DNA from: Raillietiella orientalis
Taxonomy: Eukaryota
NCBI GenBank assembly: GCA_036172245.1
Contig: JAYWIR010000003.1
Location: 4,154,001 to 4,218,000, forward strand
Direction: 5' to 3'
Length of the DNA: 64,000 nucleotides
Made by a program: the position numbers and the translations under genes. Shown piece by piece: positions 60,501 through 64,000 of the stretch (its first letter is position 1; each line of letters begins with the position of its first letter). The notes under the pieces are model-generated. The model searched no databases and was not told the DNA's origin. It saw only the letters and a program-made list of their open reading frames with translations.

Positions 60501-62850
60501 TATGGCAACAATCTCCGTGACGCAGGATGAAAGCGCTGCTTTCCTTTCTCGGCACACGGAAGCCGAGCAGCAGCTTAGGGAGCGGATGTCTTTCCGCTGC
60601 GAACAATGCCTCTGGCAGGCACTGTCCCTTCCCCGGCTTTGACCCAGGCTGAACTTGATGGGGGACGGCTCGCTATGGTTTCTTTCTTTCTTCCTTTTTT
60701 GTTTGGTGCTCTCCACAGGACCGACCTATCTCATGCGACTGCTTCGGAATTTCCTCACGTTGGGCTTCAGCGCACGTGAACGGACGAGTTCTTACACGAT
60801 GCTCCTCGACCAGAGCCGTGCCCCGTCTTCTCGTTCGAACTCTGCCTTGCTGGAAATCCAAAGACTGCGCTTGCCTTCAGCTGGAACAAGCGAGGAAAAT
60901 TGATGAAGCATAGATCAGGCGATGGGAAGCATAACATCACAACATCTGAAGATCGGGTCAGTGTCAAGACTGTCAAACCGAATCTTGTTGGACACATGCA
61001 CATTTTCCTATTTCCCTTTTTTCCCCTTTTCCTCCCTCCTCCCTGGTTGCAGCCTTCAGCTTCTGGGCACGTGTCTTCAGGACCACAGTGATCACCACAG
61101 TCCTTCATACGCTTTTCCATCTTTGTATTGCATTACGGCTGCAATTATTCTTACACGTACGGTAACTTAGCAGGATGGATGCCTGCGAACGTCGTAAGGT
61201 TTCCTCTAGTGTTCATCCGAGGTCATTATAAGATACTTAAGAGCATCGGCTTTCCCCCGAGAGGTTTTGGTCCAGATAACAACAACGCTCAACAAGGTGC
61301 ACTTCTTATCGACAGAGAGCCGTCGCCATAATCATGGATGTTTCAAGAGAAAAAAAACACACACACACACACACAAAAAAAATGCAATCTCTGTTTTGAT
61401 CCCAAGACTCTCGGCAGCATTCAACAGGAGGAGTAAACAATAAAATACATCCATAAAAGCCAAGCCGAAGAGTGCACGGATGACTTGCTGCCCCGCGCTA
61501 ACAAGTCGTGCGTGCAAGGAGAGGACTCTTGGATTTGTTTTTTGTTTTCGAAATTTCAAGACCACAGCGCAAGCCGAAGATGATGCCTTTTTGCTCTTTT
61601 GGGTTCCCACGTGACAAGAAGGCTGATTCGACCGGACAGACCGATCCCAGTGCCATTGGTAATGAGTCGAAGTTACGGAAAAGTCACTGTCACTGTCAAA
61701 ATGCACCTTTCTGGCTGCCGTTGATACGTGGATTGTAAACGCAGTGGCAACACAAAGCGCAAAGTGATTTGAGGGCAACGTGGAATCGCCTATTTCCATT
61801 ACGGTAGTAAAACGACATGGCCAACATGCTGCTTACGAGCGCCTCGCAGAAACCAATATGTTACGACGCGCCAATCACTGATGACTGCAGCCTGCAAGCT
61901 ACACCAACACGCCCGTCGTCAATGGTGGAAGTGTCTCCTGCCTGCTGATTTCTCGAGCAGGCTCCAAGAGCGTGTGTATAACACGTCTCCAGGAAGAACA
62001 CAGCGTTAGCGCTTTCGTACATGGATCTCAGCTTTTTTTTTTTTTTTTTTTTATGACCACACACGCAATCTGCACTGCGGCTGAAGTTTGGCCGCTGCTT
62101 GGCCTGTGTCATCCGCACATCGAGTCGTTAAAGTATTTCTTGGTGCGTGATTCTCGGTTTCTCGATTTCGGGAAGATGAAGTGGAATGAAGTGGACACTT
62201 AAGATATCGTAAATATAAGTTTGCGGAGGTCTTAACGGCGGCTACAGCATTCCCCCTTGAGCTTATACAGAAGGAAAAGCAATGAAAACCACGAGGTTTT
62301 GGAAACATGGAAAGTTCGCTGGCTGCTTTTCAGCCTTGGCAGGCCTCCCAGGATTTCTGCAAATGGTCCCTACATCGGCCAGATGTGGCGAGGAGCCCAG
62401 GAAAAGGAAAAATCTCGTGTTTTGATCCCTCGAGCTCGAATCTCAAAATGGAACTCCTGTGGTAGAGACCGAGCTGCTCAGAAGTGAGAAGTCCTGGAAG
62501 ACACATGCAATACAGTGGTGAGCAAAGCATTTCTTTTCGGGAGTTCTTTTTTTTTTTTTTTCTTTTTTTTGAACGAGGAATCAGAGTGAAAATTGTTAAG
62601 GAGACACATCTGGATTTGAAATCCCTCGAGGATTCGATCTCTCTTAGCTTCTTAACGTGGCCGGCTTTCTCGTGCGGAAGTTTCAGTATCCGTTCCTGCA
62701 AGTCCCTGGTTCCTCCTCCCAACGAGACCTCTTGAAAATTAATCCCGAAGAACGTGCATTTAGGGTTACCACAAGAGCACATTTGCTTTTCCAGAACAGC
62801 TTGAAGCAAGAACGAGCTACACACGCATTAAATGACTTGATCGCTCAATC
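57600..62850 (-). mobile_element. Decayed CR1/L2-like LINE 'F' (ORF1 relic + ORF2)
   Basis: ORF1-like CTFFGINFQE..DLQERILKL (~62755-62680). Endonuclease start RVLSLHARLVS...MDVF..AESLG (~61530-61400) and CPTRFG..VLTLTRS (~60995-60950). RT: ANYRPKLS...SKIMVEH (NYRPISL..SKxxE-like, ~59350-59290), LKPHKAAST (~59220), PLPWL (~58935), GSIHSGC (~58735). Confidence 0.55.
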
Positions 62851-64000
62851 TCCGGAAGCAACCATAGCCATGGAAAGGTGGAAAACATTCGGAAATATTC
62901 CTCTGTCGGCGGGTTCATTACTTTCCATTGGTACTTAGTTAAGTACACGAACGAATCCCACAATCATGCTGAATCGTATACAGCGATTACTTGCGGTAAG
63001 AGGACCTCTCTTCTTAGACGCCATGGTCTCATGGTGTCTCTAAGAAGTCCTCTTCCCGCTGCATCTTATTTGTTACTGTCGTGTGAGCAAACAGCGCGTG
63101 CCCTTCAACTTGCGAGTAGTGCTGAGCTCATCATAACTCATCGTAACTTGGCGAACGGGCACTTCGGATGGATACCCTTCACGTGCACACACTTACAGGT
63201 GTACGCACTGATCCTATGTGTTTCACTGGCAGTTGAGAGCGGGTCTTCATTCCAATTGACTGCGGAACCGCAAGCTCACGGTCCTCAACGTTGAGCGTGC
63301 TTGGGTCTGCCCATCGGTCCACCAAAGCACGCACGCAAAGGCGCAAGTGTTCATGTTGTGTGCATGTTCAGCTGCTGAAGAATATTAAGGACTCGCCTGA
63401 TAAGTGCTGTCATGCGGAATAATGGAAAGTATGAGACAAAAAAAAAAAAAAAAACGAAAGAGTAAAAAACTTCAAAGTAAAAAACTGCGTGAAAAAAACA
63501 AAAGCAAAAAGACAAAAGCGAAATATGCATTCGGGGATGGAGGCGTCTGGAATGTCGAAAGAATGCAGAAGCCACGGAGATAAGCTAAGGAGCACGAAGC
63601 TGAAAGTCATCGAAAGGAAATTGAAACAAATCAGTTGAAAGCAGCCGAAGAGCACAATCAAAACCAATATGATCTCTGACACTCCTGACACCCGGAAGTT
63701 CATGGGAATCGGAACAGGAAAGGAGGAAAGAAATGAGACGGGACGTTCCGCGAATCAACATTGCATTAGCACGCTTGAAGGCGGCGGCCCCTATACTTTA
63801 CCGAGCACGAAATATGCCATAATGGCACGCCCTGTGAGCACGTGAAGCAGCGGTGGGCAGCGTGCAGCCTCATGTGACCAAAAGGCGACCCGCCGCTGGG
63901 CTCGGGTGAGCTCACTCTCTCAGCAGAAGAGCCTGGTTTAAGTGAATGACGAAAACAGTCAGTAGGAGACAGGACACGGGACTCATCTTCCTTGAGTCCC

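Noticed and set aside
63480..64000. Possible plus-strand LINE ORF1 relic (KLKVIERKLKQ..NMISDTPD)
   Set aside because: A single weak motif at the window edge; not enough to call.
1..64000. CRISPR arrays, rRNA, operons or prokaryotic defence systems
   Set aside because: No regularly spaced direct repeats or rRNA signatures were seen; spliceosomal introns and the gene content show the DNA is eukaryotic.

Overview
Eukaryotic (animal) genomic DNA; the pericentrin-like protein resembles arthropod PLP, but the taxon cannot be fixed from this window. Three genes are well supported. (1) A multi-exon pericentrin/AKAP9/PLP-family coiled-coil gene on the minus strand (1 to ~5.9 kb), open at both ends. 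(2) An intronless class II DnaJ/Hsp40 (38004-39053, minus) with an upstream heat-shock element. (3) A 9-exon Rad17 clamp-loader gene (54569-56563, plus) with introns of 38-52 nt. Most of the remaining sequence, which the ORF track shows as noise, reads as eight very old, frameshifted but still collinear non-LTR retrotransposons. Six are L1/Tx1-type, in three head-to-tail pairs, two of which diverge from ~19.35 kb; two are CR1/L2-like. These calls rest on degenerate motifs recognised by eye across frames, so boundaries are approximate. Base composition appears to follow distance from the DnaJ and Rad17 genes rather than element identity. I found no rRNA, tRNA, CRISPR array or convincingly new protein system. 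The most unusual feature is the ordered fossil-LINE architecture.
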